Source of the DNA: the human T2T-CHM13v2.0 reference genome, Homo sapiens | Assembly (NCBI GenBank): GCA_009914755.4 | Contig: CP086569.2 | Location: forward strand, 61,952,001 to 62,016,000 | Length of the DNA stretch: 64,000 nt | Reading direction: 5' to 3' | In this document: in pieces, positions 1 through 13,967 of the stretch | How positions within the stretch are numbered: position 1 is the stretch's first letter | How the letters are laid out: every line of letters starts with the position of its first letter | Translations under genes and position numbers: made by a program | Notes under the pieces: model-generated | Seen by the model: only the letters and a program-made list of their open reading frames with translations | Told to the model about the DNA's origin: nothing | The model's database searches: none

Positions 1-3000
1 AAGAAATTTCACGGAATGGAATCAAACAGAATGGAATCAAATCAATGGAATATAATCAAATGGAATGGATAGGAATTGAATGGAATAGATTGGATTGGAA
101 GGGATTGGAATGCAATGGACTGGGAAGGACTCGAATTTCATGAAACGGAATGGAATGGACTCGAATGGAATGGAATGTCATAGAATGGCATCAAATGGAA
201 TGGCATCAAATGGAATGGAATCGAATGCAATGGAATGTTATGGAATGGAATGGAATGAATTGGAATGAAATGTCCTCTAATGGAATGGATTCGAGTGGAA
301 TGGAATCGAATATAATGGAGTCGAATGAAATGGAATTGAAAGGAATGGGATCGAATAGAATGGAACATACTGGAATGTAATGTAATGAAGTCGAATGTAG
401 TTGACTGGAATGGAATGTACGTGAATGGAATGTAATCGAATGGAAAGTAATCCAATGGAATAGAATCTAATGCAATAAAATCGACTCGAATGGAATAGAA
501 TGGAATGGAATGGAATGCAGTGCCATGGAACGGAATGGAATGGAATGCAATGGAGTGGAGTGGAATGGAATGGAATGGAATGGGATGGAATGGTATGGAA
601 TGGATAGTAATGGACTGGAGTGAAATGGACTGGAAAGGAATGGACTCTAATTTAAAGGGCTCGAAAGGAATGGAGTCAAATGGAATGATCTGGAATGGAA
701 TGAACTCGAATGTAATGCAATCCAATAGAATGGAAACAAATGGAATGGAATTGAATGGAATGGAATTGAATGGAATGGGAACGAATGAAGTGAAATTGTA
801 AGGAATAAAAGAGTATAGAATGGAATGCAAGGGAAAGGAAAGGAATGGATTGGAATGGAATGGAATTCATTGGAATGGAAGGGAATGTAGTGTAATGGAC
901 AGGCCTGGAATAAACTGGAATTCTACGGTCTCGAATGGAATAAAAATGTATGGAATGGAATGCAGTGAAACGAATCGAATGTCATAGAATGTAACGGAAT
1001 GCAAAAAAATGGACTCCAAAATCATTGACTGGAAAGGCTGGGTGTCGGAAGGAATTGACTCCAATGGAATGGAATCGAATGGAATGGAAGTGAATAGAAT
1101 CGAACTAAATCGAATGGAATGGAATTGATAGGAACGGAATGGAAAGGAATGGAATGATTTGGCATGGAATGGAATCGAATGGCATCGAATGGAATGGAAT
1201 GGAATGCAATGGAATGGAATGTATTAGAATGTAATGAACTTTAATGGGATGTACTCGAATGGATTCGACTGGAATGGAATGTTCTGGAAGTGAATGGACT
1301 CCAATGGAATGGATTCGAAAGGAATGGAATCGAACGGAATGGAATCTAATGGAATGGAATTAAATGGAAAGGAATCAAATGGAATAGCACGGAATTGAAT
1401 TGAATGGAATCGAATGCAATGGAATCTAATGAAACGGAAAGGAAAGGAATGGAATGGAATGGAATGGGCTGGAATGGAATGGAATCGAAACGAATGGAAT
1501 GGAATCGAACTGCAGAGACTGCAATGGAATGTACTGGAATGCAAGGGAGTGTAATGGTAGGTTCTCGAAAAAAATGGAATCGAATGGAATGGAATTGAAT
1601 GGAACGGAATAGAGTCGAATGGAATTGAATGGAATGGAATGGACTAGAGTGAAATGGAATCGAGTCACAAGGAATGGACAGGAATAGAATGGTCTCGAAT
1701 TGAATGGAATCGTATGGAATGGCATCAAACGGAATGGAATGGACAGCCACGGAATGGAATGCACTCGAATGCAATGGAGTCGAAACTAATGGACTGGAAT
1801 AGAATGGACTCGACTGGTACGGACTCCAATGGAATGGAATGGAATGGAAGGGAATCGAACGGAATGGACTCGAAGTGAAAAGACTGCAACGGAAAGGTTT
1901 CGAATGGAATGGAAATTAATGGAATGGAATGGAATCGAATGAAATGGAGTCAAAAGGAATGGAATCGAATGGCAAGGAATCGAATGTAATGGAATCACAA
2001 GGAATGGATGTGAACGGAACGGAATGGAATGGAATCAAAAGGAATGGAATAGAATGGAATGGAATCGAATGGAAAGGACTTGAATGGAAATCACTTGAAT
2101 AGAAGGAAATTTAATAAAATAGGATCAAATATAATGGAATGGAATGGAAAGGAATCGAAACGAAAGGAATGGAGACAGATGGAAAGGAATGGAACAGAGA
2201 GCAATGGTATAGAATGGAATGGAATCATCTGGAATGGAATTGAATGGAATGGAATAATATGATATGGAATGGAATGGAATGGAATGCCCTTGAATTAAAT
2301 GGACTGGAATGGAATGGACTCGAACAGAGTGGAATGGAAAGTGTTGAAATAGAATGGAATGGACTCCTTTGGAATGGTCTAGTATGCAATGCAATCGACT
2401 GGCAGGGAATCAAAAGGAATGTAATGGAATGGATTGGACTGGAATGCAATGGAGTCGAATAGATAGGAAACGGAATGCAAAGGAATGGAATGGAATAGTA
2501 TGGAATGGAATGGAAAGGAATGGAGTGGAATAGACTAGAGTGGAATGGAATGGACTCGAAAGCAATGGACTGGAATGGAACTTTCTTGAATGGACTGGAA
2601 TCAAACGGAATGGAATGCAATGCAATCAAATGGCATGGAATAAAATAGAATGAAAGAGAATCAAATGGAATTGAATCGAATGGAATCGAATGGATTGGAA
2701 AGGAATAGAATGGAATGGAATGGAACTGACTCAAATGGAATGGACTAGAATGGAATGGAGTCGAATGGAAGGCAAAGGAATAGAATCTATTGGAATGGAC
2801 TGTAATGGAATGGAATGGAAGGGATTGGAATGGACTCGAATGGAATGGACTGCAATAGAAAGGATTCGAATGGAATGAAAAAGAATTGAATGGAATAGAA
2901 CAGAATGGAATCAAATCGAATGTAACGGAATGGAATTGAAAGGAATGGAATGAAATGGAATGGAAAGGATTCGAATGGAATGCAATCGAAGGGAATGCAA

Positions 3001-3503
3001 TCGAATGGAATGGAATCGAACGGAATGGAATAAAATGGAAGAAAACTGGCAAGAAATGGAATCGAAATGAATGGAGTGTTATGGAACGGACTCAAAAGGA
3101 ATTGAATGTAATAGAATGGAGTGGAGTGGACTCGAATGTAATGGACTGGAATGGAACGGAATCACATGGAATGGGAACGAATGGAATGGAATGGAAAGGA
3201 ATGGAATCGAATGGAAAGGAATCGAATGGAAGGGAATGAAATTGAATCAACAGGAATGGAAGGGAATAGAATAGACTGTAATGGAATGGACTCGAACAGA
3301 ATGGAAACGAATGCTCATATTGAATGGACTCGTATAGAATGGAAACGAAAGGAATGTCATCGAATGGAATTGAATCGATTGGAATGAAATCGCATAGAAT
3401 GGAGTGGAATCAAATGGAATTGAATCGAAAGTAAAGGAAGTGAATGGACTGAAATGAAATGGAATGGAATTGAATGGAAAGTAATGCAATGGAATGGAAT
3501 GGA
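1..3503. repeat. DYZ1-like HOR copy 1 (3503 bp); variant set shared with copy 7
   Basis: Phase defined by the aaatttcac landmark. It carries HFF, FHLIP and DSIFFENL variants (ORFs 1346..1774 and 1426..1764), which are shared with copy 7 and not with copies 2-6. Confidence 0.8.
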
Positions 3504-6500
3504 ACGAAATTTCACTTAATGGAATCAAACAGAATGGAATCAAATCAATGGAATATAATCAAATGGAATGGATAGGAATTGAATGGAATAGATTGGATTG
3601 GAAGGGATTGGAATGCAATGGAATGGGAAGGACTCGAATTTCATGAAACGGAATGGAATGAATTGGAATGGAATGGACTCGAATGGAATGGAATCAAATG
3701 GAATGGCATCAAATGGAATGGAATCGAATGCAATGGAATGTTATGGAATGGAATGGGATGCATTGGAATGAAATGTCCTCTAATGGAATGGATTCGAGTG
3801 GAATGGAATCGAATATAATGGAGTCGAATGAAAAGGAATTGAAAGGAATGGGATCGAATAGAATGGAATATACTGGAATGTAATGTAATGAAGTCGAATG
3901 TAATTGACTGGAATGGAATGTACGTGAATGGAATGAAATCGAATGGAAAGTAATCCAATGGAATAGAATCTAATGCAATAAAATCGACTCGAATGGAATA
4001 GAATGGAATGGAATGGAATGCAGTGCAATGGAACGGAATGGAATGGAATGCAATGGAGTGGAATGGAATGGAATGGAATGGGATGGAATGGTATGGAATG
4101 GATAGTAATGGACTGGAATGAAATGGACTGGAAAGGAATGGACTGAAATTGAAAGGGCTCGAAAGGAATGGAGTCAAATGGAATGATCTGGAATGGAATG
4201 AACTCGAATGTAATGCAATCCAATAGAATGGAAACAAATGGAATGGAATTGAATGGAATGGAATTGAATGGATTGGGAACGAATGGAGTGAAATTGTATG
4301 GAATAGAAGAGAATAGAATGGAATGCAGGGGAAAGGAAAGGAATGGATTGGAATGGAATGGAATTCATTGGAATGGAAGGGAATGTAGTGTAATGGACAG
4401 GCCTGGAATAAACTGGAATGCTACGGTCTCGAATGGAATAAAAATGTATGGAATGCAATGCAGTGAAACGAATCGAATGTCATAGAATGTAATGGAATGC
4501 AAAAAAATGGACTCCAAAATCATTGACTGGAAAGGCTGGGTGTCGAAAGGAATTGACTCCAATGGAATGGAATCGAATGGAATGGAAGTGAATAGAATCG
4601 AACTAAATCGAATGGAATGGAATTGATAGGAACGGAATGGAAAGGAATGGAATGATTTGGCATGGAATGGAATCGAATGGCATCGAATGGAATGGAATGG
4701 AATGTAATGGAATGGAATGTATTAGAATGTAATGAACTTTAATGGGATGTACTCGAATGGATTCGACTGGAATGGAATGTTCTGGAAGTGAATGGACTCC
4801 AATGGAATGGATTCGAAAGGAATGGAATCGAACGGAATGGAATCTAATGGAATGGAATTAAATGGAAAGGAATCAAAAGGAATAGCACGGAATTGAATTG
4901 AATGGAATCGAATGCAATGGAATCTAATGAAACGGAAAGGAAAGGAATGGAATGGAATGGAATGGGCTGGAATGGAATGGAATCGAAACGAATGGAATGG
5001 AATCGAACTGCAGAGACTGCAATGGAATGTACTGGAATGCAAGGGAGTGTAATGGAAGGTTCTCGAAAAGAATGGAATCGAATGGAATGGAATTGAATGG
5101 AACGGAATAGAGTCGAATGGAATTGAATGGAATGGAATGGACTAGAGTGAAATGGAATCGAGTCACAAGGAATAGACAGGAATAGAATGGTCTCGAATTG
5201 AATGGAATCGTATGGAATGGCATCAAACGGAATGGAATGGACAGCCACGGAATGGAATGCACTCGAATGCAATGGAGTCGAAACTAATGGACTGGAATAG
5301 AATGGACTCGACTGGTACGGACTCCAATGGAATGGAATGGAATGGAAGGGAATCGAACGGAATGGACTCGAAGTGAAAAGACTGCAACGGAAAGGTTTCG
5401 AATGGAATGGAAATTAATGGAATGGAATGGAATCGAATGAAATGGAGTCAAAAGGAATGGAATCGAATGGCAAGGAATCGAATGTAATGGAATCACAAGG
5501 AATGGATGTGAACGGAACGGAATGGAATGGAATCAAAAGGAATGGAATAGAATGGAATGGAATCGAATGGAAAGGACTTGAATGGAAATCACTTGAATAG
5601 AAGGAAATTTAATAAAATAGGATCAAATATAATGGAATGGAATGGAAAGGAATCGAAACGAAAGGAATGGAGACAGATGGAAAGGAATGGAACAGAGAGC
5701 AATGGTATAGAATGGAATGGAATCATCTGGAATGGAATTGAATGGAATGGAATAATATGATATGGAATGGAATGGAATGGAATGCCCTTGAATTAAATGG
5801 ACTGGAATGGAATGGACTCGAACAGAGTGGAATGGAAAGTGTTGAAATAGAATGGAATGGACTCCTTTGGAATGGTCTAGTATGCAATGCAATCGACTGG
5901 CAGGGAATCAAAAGGAATGTAATGGAATGGATTGGACTGGAATGCAATGGAGTCGAATAGATAGGAAACGGAATGCAAAGGAATGGAATGGAATAGTATG
6001 GAATGGAATGGAAAGGAATGGAGTGGAATAGACTAGAGTGGAATGGAATGGACTCGAAAGCAATGGACTGGAATGGAACTTTCTTGAATGGACTGGAATC
6101 AAACGGAATGGAATGCAATGCAATCAAATGGCATGGAATAAAATAGAATGAAAGAGAATCAAATGGAATTGAATCGAATGGAATCGAATGGATTGGAAAG
6201 GAATAGAATGGAATGGAATGGAACTGACTCAAATGGAATGGACTAGAATGGAATGGAGTCGAATGGAAGGCAAAGGAATAGAATCTATTGGAATGGACTG
6301 TAATGGAATGGAATGGAAGGGATTGGAATGGACTCGAATGGAATGGACTGCAATAGAAAGGATTCGAATGGAATGAAAAAGAATTGAATGGAATAGAACA
6401 GAATGGAATCAAATCGAATGTAACGGAATGGAATTGAAAGGAATGGAATGAAATGGAATGGAAAGGATTCGAATGGAATGCAATCGAAGGGAATGCAATC

Positions 6501-7001
6501 GAATGGAATGGAATCGAACGGAATGGAATAAAATGGAAGAAAACTGGCAAGAAATGGAATCGAAATGAATGGAGTGTTATGGAACGGACTCAAAAGGAAT
6601 TGAATGTAATAGAATGGAGTGGAGTGGACTCGAATGTAATGGACTGGAATGGAACGGAATCACATGGAATGGGAACGAATGGAATGGAATGGAAAGGAAT
6701 GGAATCGAATGGAAAGGAATCGAATGGAAGGGAATGAAATTGAATCAACAGGAATGGAAGGGAATAGAATAGACTGTAATGGAATGGACTCGAACAGAAT
6801 GGAAACGAATGCTCATATTGAATGGACTCGTATAGAATGGAAACGAAAGGAATGTCATCGAATGGAATTGAATCGATTGGAATGAAATCGCATAGAATGG
6901 AGTGGAATCAAATGGAATTGAATCGAAAGTAAAGGAAGTGAATGGACTGAAATGAAATGGAATGGAATTGAATGGAAAGTAATGCAATGGAATGGAATGG
7001 A
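3504..7001. repeat. DYZ1-like HOR copy 2 (3498 bp)
   Basis: Landmark period 3498. Its ORF-track translations are identical to those of copies 3-5. Confidence 0.85.
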
Positions 7002-10000
7002 ACGAAATTTCACTTAATGGAATCAAACAGAATGGAATCAAATCAATGGAATATAATCAAATGGAATGGATAGGAATTGAATGGAATAGATTGGATTGGA
7101 AGGGATTGGAATGCAATGGAATGGGAAGGACTCGAATTTCATGAAACGGAATGGAATGAATTGGAATGGAATGGACTCGAATGGAATGGAATCAAATGGA
7201 ATGGCATCAAATGGAATGGAATCGAATGCAATGGAATGTTATGGAATGGAATGGGATGCATTGGAATGAAATGTCCTCTAATGGAATGGATTCGAGTGGA
7301 ATGGAATCGAATATAATGGAGTCGAATGAAAAGGAATTGAAAGGAATGGGATCGAATAGAATGGAATATACTGGAATGTAATGTAATGAAGTCGAATGTA
7401 ATTGACTGGAATGGAATGTACGTGAATGGAATGAAATCGAATGGAAAGTAATCCAATGGAATAGAATCTAATGCAATAAAATCGACTCGAATGGAATAGA
7501 ATGGAATGGAATGGAATGCAGTGCAATGGAACGGAATGGAATGGAATGCAATGGAGTGGAATGGAATGGAATGGAATGGGATGGAATGGTATGGAATGGA
7601 TAGTAATGGACTGGAATGAAATGGACTGGAAAGGAATGGACTGAAATTGAAAGGGCTCGAAAGGAATGGAGTCAAATGGAATGATCTGGAATGGAATGAA
7701 CTCGAATGTAATGCAATCCAATAGAATGGAAACAAATGGAATGGAATTGAATGGAATGGAATTGAATGGATTGGGAACGAATGGAGTGAAATTGTATGGA
7801 ATAGAAGAGAATAGAATGGAATGCAGGGGAAAGGAAAGGAATGGATTGGAATGGAATGGAATTCATTGGAATGGAAGGGAATGTAGTGTAATGGACAGGC
7901 CTGGAATAAACTGGAATGCTACGGTCTCGAATGGAATAAAAATGTATGGAATGCAATGCAGTGAAACGAATCGAATGTCATAGAATGTAATGGAATGCAA
8001 AAAAATGGACTCCAAAATCATTGACTGGAAAGGCTGGGTGTCGAAAGGAATTGACTCCAATGGAATGGAATCGAATGGAATGGAAGTGAATAGAATCGAA
8101 CTAAATCGAATGGAATGGAATTGATAGGAACGGAATGGAAAGGAATGGAATGATTTGGCATGGAATGGAATCGAATGGCATCGAATGGAATGGAATGGAA
8201 TGTAATGGAATGGAATGTATTAGAATGTAATGAACTTTAATGGGATGTACTCGAATGGATTCGACTGGAATGGAATGTTCTGGAAGTGAATGGACTCCAA
8301 TGGAATGGATTCGAAAGGAATGGAATCGAACGGAATGGAATCTAATGGAATGGAATTAAATGGAAAGGAATCAAAAGGAATAGCACGGAATTGAATTGAA
8401 TGGAATCGAATGCAATGGAATCTAATGAAACGGAAAGGAAAGGAATGGAATGGAATGGAATGGGCTGGAATGGAATGGAATCGAAACGAATGGAATGGAA
8501 TCGAACTGCAGAGACTGCAATGGAATGTACTGGAATGCAAGGGAGTGTAATGGAAGGTTCTCGAAAAGAATGGAATCGAATGGAATGGAATTGAATGGAA
8601 CGGAATAGAGTCGAATGGAATTGAATGGAATGGAATGGACTAGAGTGAAATGGAATCGAGTCACAAGGAATAGACAGGAATAGAATGGTCTCGAATTGAA
8701 TGGAATCGTATGGAATGGCATCAAACGGAATGGAATGGACAGCCACGGAATGGAATGCACTCGAATGCAATGGAGTCGAAACTAATGGACTGGAATAGAA
8801 TGGACTCGACTGGTACGGACTCCAATGGAATGGAATGGAATGGAAGGGAATCGAACGGAATGGACTCGAAGTGAAAAGACTGCAACGGAAAGGTTTCGAA
8901 TGGAATGGAAATTAATGGAATGGAATGGAATCGAATGAAATGGAGTCAAAAGGAATGGAATCGAATGGCAAGGAATCGAATGTAATGGAATCACAAGGAA
9001 TGGATGTGAACGGAACGGAATGGAATGGAATCAAAAGGAATGGAATAGAATGGAATGGAATCGAATGGAAAGGACTTGAATGGAAATCACTTGAATAGAA
9101 GGAAATTTAATAAAATAGGATCAAATATAATGGAATGGAATGGAAAGGAATCGAAACGAAAGGAATGGAGACAGATGGAAAGGAATGGAACAGAGAGCAA
9201 TGGTATAGAATGGAATGGAATCATCTGGAATGGAATTGAATGGAATGGAATAATATGATATGGAATGGAATGGAATGGAATGCCCTTGAATTAAATGGAC
9301 TGGAATGGAATGGACTCGAACAGAGTGGAATGGAAAGTGTTGAAATAGAATGGAATGGACTCCTTTGGAATGGTCTAGTATGCAATGCAATCGACTGGCA
9401 GGGAATCAAAAGGAATGTAATGGAATGGATTGGACTGGAATGCAATGGAGTCGAATAGATAGGAAACGGAATGCAAAGGAATGGAATGGAATAGTATGGA
9501 ATGGAATGGAAAGGAATGGAGTGGAATAGACTAGAGTGGAATGGAATGGACTCGAAAGCAATGGACTGGAATGGAACTTTCTTGAATGGACTGGAATCAA
9601 ACGGAATGGAATGCAATGCAATCAAATGGCATGGAATAAAATAGAATGAAAGAGAATCAAATGGAATTGAATCGAATGGAATCGAATGGATTGGAAAGGA
9701 ATAGAATGGAATGGAATGGAACTGACTCAAATGGAATGGACTAGAATGGAATGGAGTCGAATGGAAGGCAAAGGAATAGAATCTATTGGAATGGACTGTA
9801 ATGGAATGGAATGGAAGGGATTGGAATGGACTCGAATGGAATGGACTGCAATAGAAAGGATTCGAATGGAATGAAAAAGAATTGAATGGAATAGAACAGA
9901 ATGGAATCAAATCGAATGTAACGGAATGGAATTGAAAGGAATGGAATGAAATGGAATGGAAAGGATTCGAATGGAATGCAATCGAAGGGAATGCAATCGA

Positions 10001-10499
10001 ATGGAATGGAATCGAACGGAATGGAATAAAATGGAAGAAAACTGGCAAGAAATGGAATCGAAATGAATGGAGTGTTATGGAACGGACTCAAAAGGAATTG
10101 AATGTAATAGAATGGAGTGGAGTGGACTCGAATGTAATGGACTGGAATGGAACGGAATCACATGGAATGGGAACGAATGGAATGGAATGGAAAGGAATGG
10201 AATCGAATGGAAAGGAATCGAATGGAAGGGAATGAAATTGAATCAACAGGAATGGAAGGGAATAGAATAGACTGTAATGGAATGGACTCGAACAGAATGG
10301 AAACGAATGCTCATATTGAATGGACTCGTATAGAATGGAAACGAAAGGAATGTCATCGAATGGAATTGAATCGATTGGAATGAAATCGCATAGAATGGAG
10401 TGGAATCAAATGGAATTGAATCGAAAGTAAAGGAAGTGAATGGACTGAAATGAAATGGAATGGAATTGAATGGAAAGTAATGCAATGGAATGGAATGGA
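7002..10499. repeat. DYZ1-like HOR copy 3 (3498 bp)
   Basis: Landmark period 3498. Translations are identical to copy 2. Confidence 0.85.
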
Positions 10500-13400
10500 A
10501 CGAAATTTCACTTAATGGAATCAAACAGAATGGAATCAAATCAATGGAATATAATCAAATGGAATGGATAGGAATTGAATGGAATAGATTGGATTGGAAG
10601 GGATTGGAATGCAATGGAATGGGAAGGACTCGAATTTCATGAAACGGAATGGAATGAATTGGAATGGAATGGACTCGAATGGAATGGAATCAAATGGAAT
10701 GGCATCAAATGGAATGGAATCGAATGCAATGGAATGTTATGGAATGGAATGGGATGCATTGGAATGAAATGTCCTCTAATGGAATGGATTCGAGTGGAAT
10801 GGAATCGAATATAATGGAGTCGAATGAAAAGGAATTGAAAGGAATGGGATCGAATAGAATGGAATATACTGGAATGTAATGTAATGAAGTCGAATGTAAT
10901 TGACTGGAATGGAATGTACGTGAATGGAATGAAATCGAATGGAAAGTAATCCAATGGAATAGAATCTAATGCAATAAAATCGACTCGAATGGAATAGAAT
11001 GGAATGGAATGGAATGCAGTGCAATGGAACGGAATGGAATGGAATGCAATGGAGTGGAATGGAATGGAATGGAATGGGATGGAATGGTATGGAATGGATA
11101 GTAATGGACTGGAATGAAATGGACTGGAAAGGAATGGACTGAAATTGAAAGGGCTCGAAAGGAATGGAGTCAAATGGAATGATCTGGAATGGAATGAACT
11201 CGAATGTAATGCAATCCAATAGAATGGAAACAAATGGAATGGAATTGAATGGAATGGAATTGAATGGATTGGGAACGAATGGAGTGAAATTGTATGGAAT
11301 AGAAGAGAATAGAATGGAATGCAGGGGAAAGGAAAGGAATGGATTGGAATGGAATGGAATTCATTGGAATGGAAGGGAATGTAGTGTAATGGACAGGCCT
11401 GGAATAAACTGGAATGCTACGGTCTCGAATGGAATAAAAATGTATGGAATGCAATGCAGTGAAACGAATCGAATGTCATAGAATGTAATGGAATGCAAAA
11501 AAATGGACTCCAAAATCATTGACTGGAAAGGCTGGGTGTCGAAAGGAATTGACTCCAATGGAATGGAATCGAATGGAATGGAAGTGAATAGAATCGAACT
11601 AAATCGAATGGAATGGAATTGATAGGAACGGAATGGAAAGGAATGGAATGATTTGGCATGGAATGGAATCGAATGGCATCGAATGGAATGGAATGGAATG
11701 TAATGGAATGGAATGTATTAGAATGTAATGAACTTTAATGGGATGTACTCGAATGGATTCGACTGGAATGGAATGTTCTGGAAGTGAATGGACTCCAATG
11801 GAATGGATTCGAAAGGAATGGAATCGAACGGAATGGAATCTAATGGAATGGAATTAAATGGAAAGGAATCAAAAGGAATAGCACGGAATTGAATTGAATG
11901 GAATCGAATGCAATGGAATCTAATGAAACGGAAAGGAAAGGAATGGAATGGAATGGAATGGGCTGGAATGGAATGGAATCGAAACGAATGGAATGGAATC
12001 GAACTGCAGAGACTGCAATGGAATGTACTGGAATGCAAGGGAGTGTAATGGAAGGTTCTCGAAAAGAATGGAATCGAATGGAATGGAATTGAATGGAACG
12101 GAATAGAGTCGAATGGAATTGAATGGAATGGAATGGACTAGAGTGAAATGGAATCGAGTCACAAGGAATAGACAGGAATAGAATGGTCTCGAATTGAATG
12201 GAATCGTATGGAATGGCATCAAACGGAATGGAATGGACAGCCACGGAATGGAATGCACTCGAATGCAATGGAGTCGAAACTAATGGACTGGAATAGAATG
12301 GACTCGACTGGTACGGACTCCAATGGAATGGAATGGAATGGAAGGGAATCGAACGGAATGGACTCGAAGTGAAAAGACTGCAACGGAAAGGTTTCGAATG
12401 GAATGGAAATTAATGGAATGGAATGGAATCGAATGAAATGGAGTCAAAAGGAATGGAATCGAATGGCAAGGAATCGAATGTAATGGAATCACAAGGAATG
12501 GATGTGAACGGAACGGAATGGAATGGAATCGAATGGAAAGGACTTGAATGGAAATCACTTGAATAGAAGGAAATTTAATAAAATAGGATCAAATATAATG
12601 GAATGGAATGGAAAGGAATCGAAACGAAAGGAATGGAGACAGATGGAAAGGAATGGAACAGAGAGCAATGGTATAGAATGGAATGGAATCATCTGGAATG
12701 GAATTGAATGGAATGGAATAATATGATATGGAATGGAATGGAATGGAATGCCCTTGAATTAAATGGACTGGAATGGAATGGACTCGAACAGAGTGGAATG
12801 GAAAGTGTTGAAATAGAATGGAATGGACTCCTTTGGAATGGTCTAGTATGCAATGCAATCGACTGGCAGGGAATCAAAAGGAATGTAATGGAATGGATTG
12901 GACTGGAATGCAATGGAGTCGAATAGATAGGAAACGGAATGCAAAGGAATGGAATGGAATAGTATGGAATGGAATGGAAAGGAATGGAGTGGAATAGACT
13001 AGAGTGGAATGGAATGGACTCGAAAGCAATGGACTGGAATGGAACTTTCTTGAATGGACTGGAATCAAACGGAATGGAATGCAATGCAATCAAATGGCAT
13101 GGAATAAAATAGAATGAAAGAGAATCAAATGGAATTGAATCGAATGGAATCGAATGGATTGGAAAGGAATAGAATGGAATGGAATGGAACTGACTCAAAT
13201 GGAATGGACTAGAATGGAATGGAGTCGAATGGAAGGCAAAGGAATAGAATCTATTGGAATGGACTGTAATGGAATGGAATGGAAGGGATTGGAATGGACT
13301 CGAATGGAATGGACTGCAATAGAAAGGATTCGAATGGAATGAAAAAGAATTGAATGGAATAGAACAGAATGGAATCAAATCGAATGTAACGGAATGGAAT

Positions 13401-13967
13401 TGAAAGGAATGGAATGAAATGGAATGGAAAGGATTCGAATGGAATGCAATCGAAGGGAATGCAATCGAATGGAATGGAATCGAACGGAATGGAATAAAAT
13501 GGAAGAAAACTGGCAAGAAATGGAATCGAAATGAATGGAGTGTTATGGAACGGACTCAAAAGGAATTGAATGTAATAGAATGGAGTGGAGTGGACTCGAA
13601 TGTAATGGACTGGAATGGAACGGAATCACATGGAATGGGAACGAATGGAATGGAATGGAAAGGAATGGAATCGAATGGAAAGGAATCGAATGGAAGGGAA
13701 TGAAATTGAATCAACAGGAATGGAAGGGAATAGAATAGACTGTAATGGAATGGACTCGAACAGAATGGAAACGAATGCTCATATTGAATGGACTCGTATA
13801 GAATGGAAACGAAAGGAATGTCATCGAATGGAATTGAATCGATTGGAATGAAATCGCATAGAATGGAGTGGAATCAAATGGAATTGAATCGAAAGTAAAG
13901 GAAGTGAATGGACTGAAATGAAATGGAATGGAATTGAATGGAAAGTAATGCAATGGAATGGAATGGA
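10500..13967. repeat. DYZ1-like HOR copy 4 (3468 bp; carries a 30-bp, 6-pentamer deletion)
   Basis: Landmark period 3468. Near 12527 the sequence caaaaggaatggaatagaatggaatggaat, present in the other copies, is missing. Confidence 0.85.
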
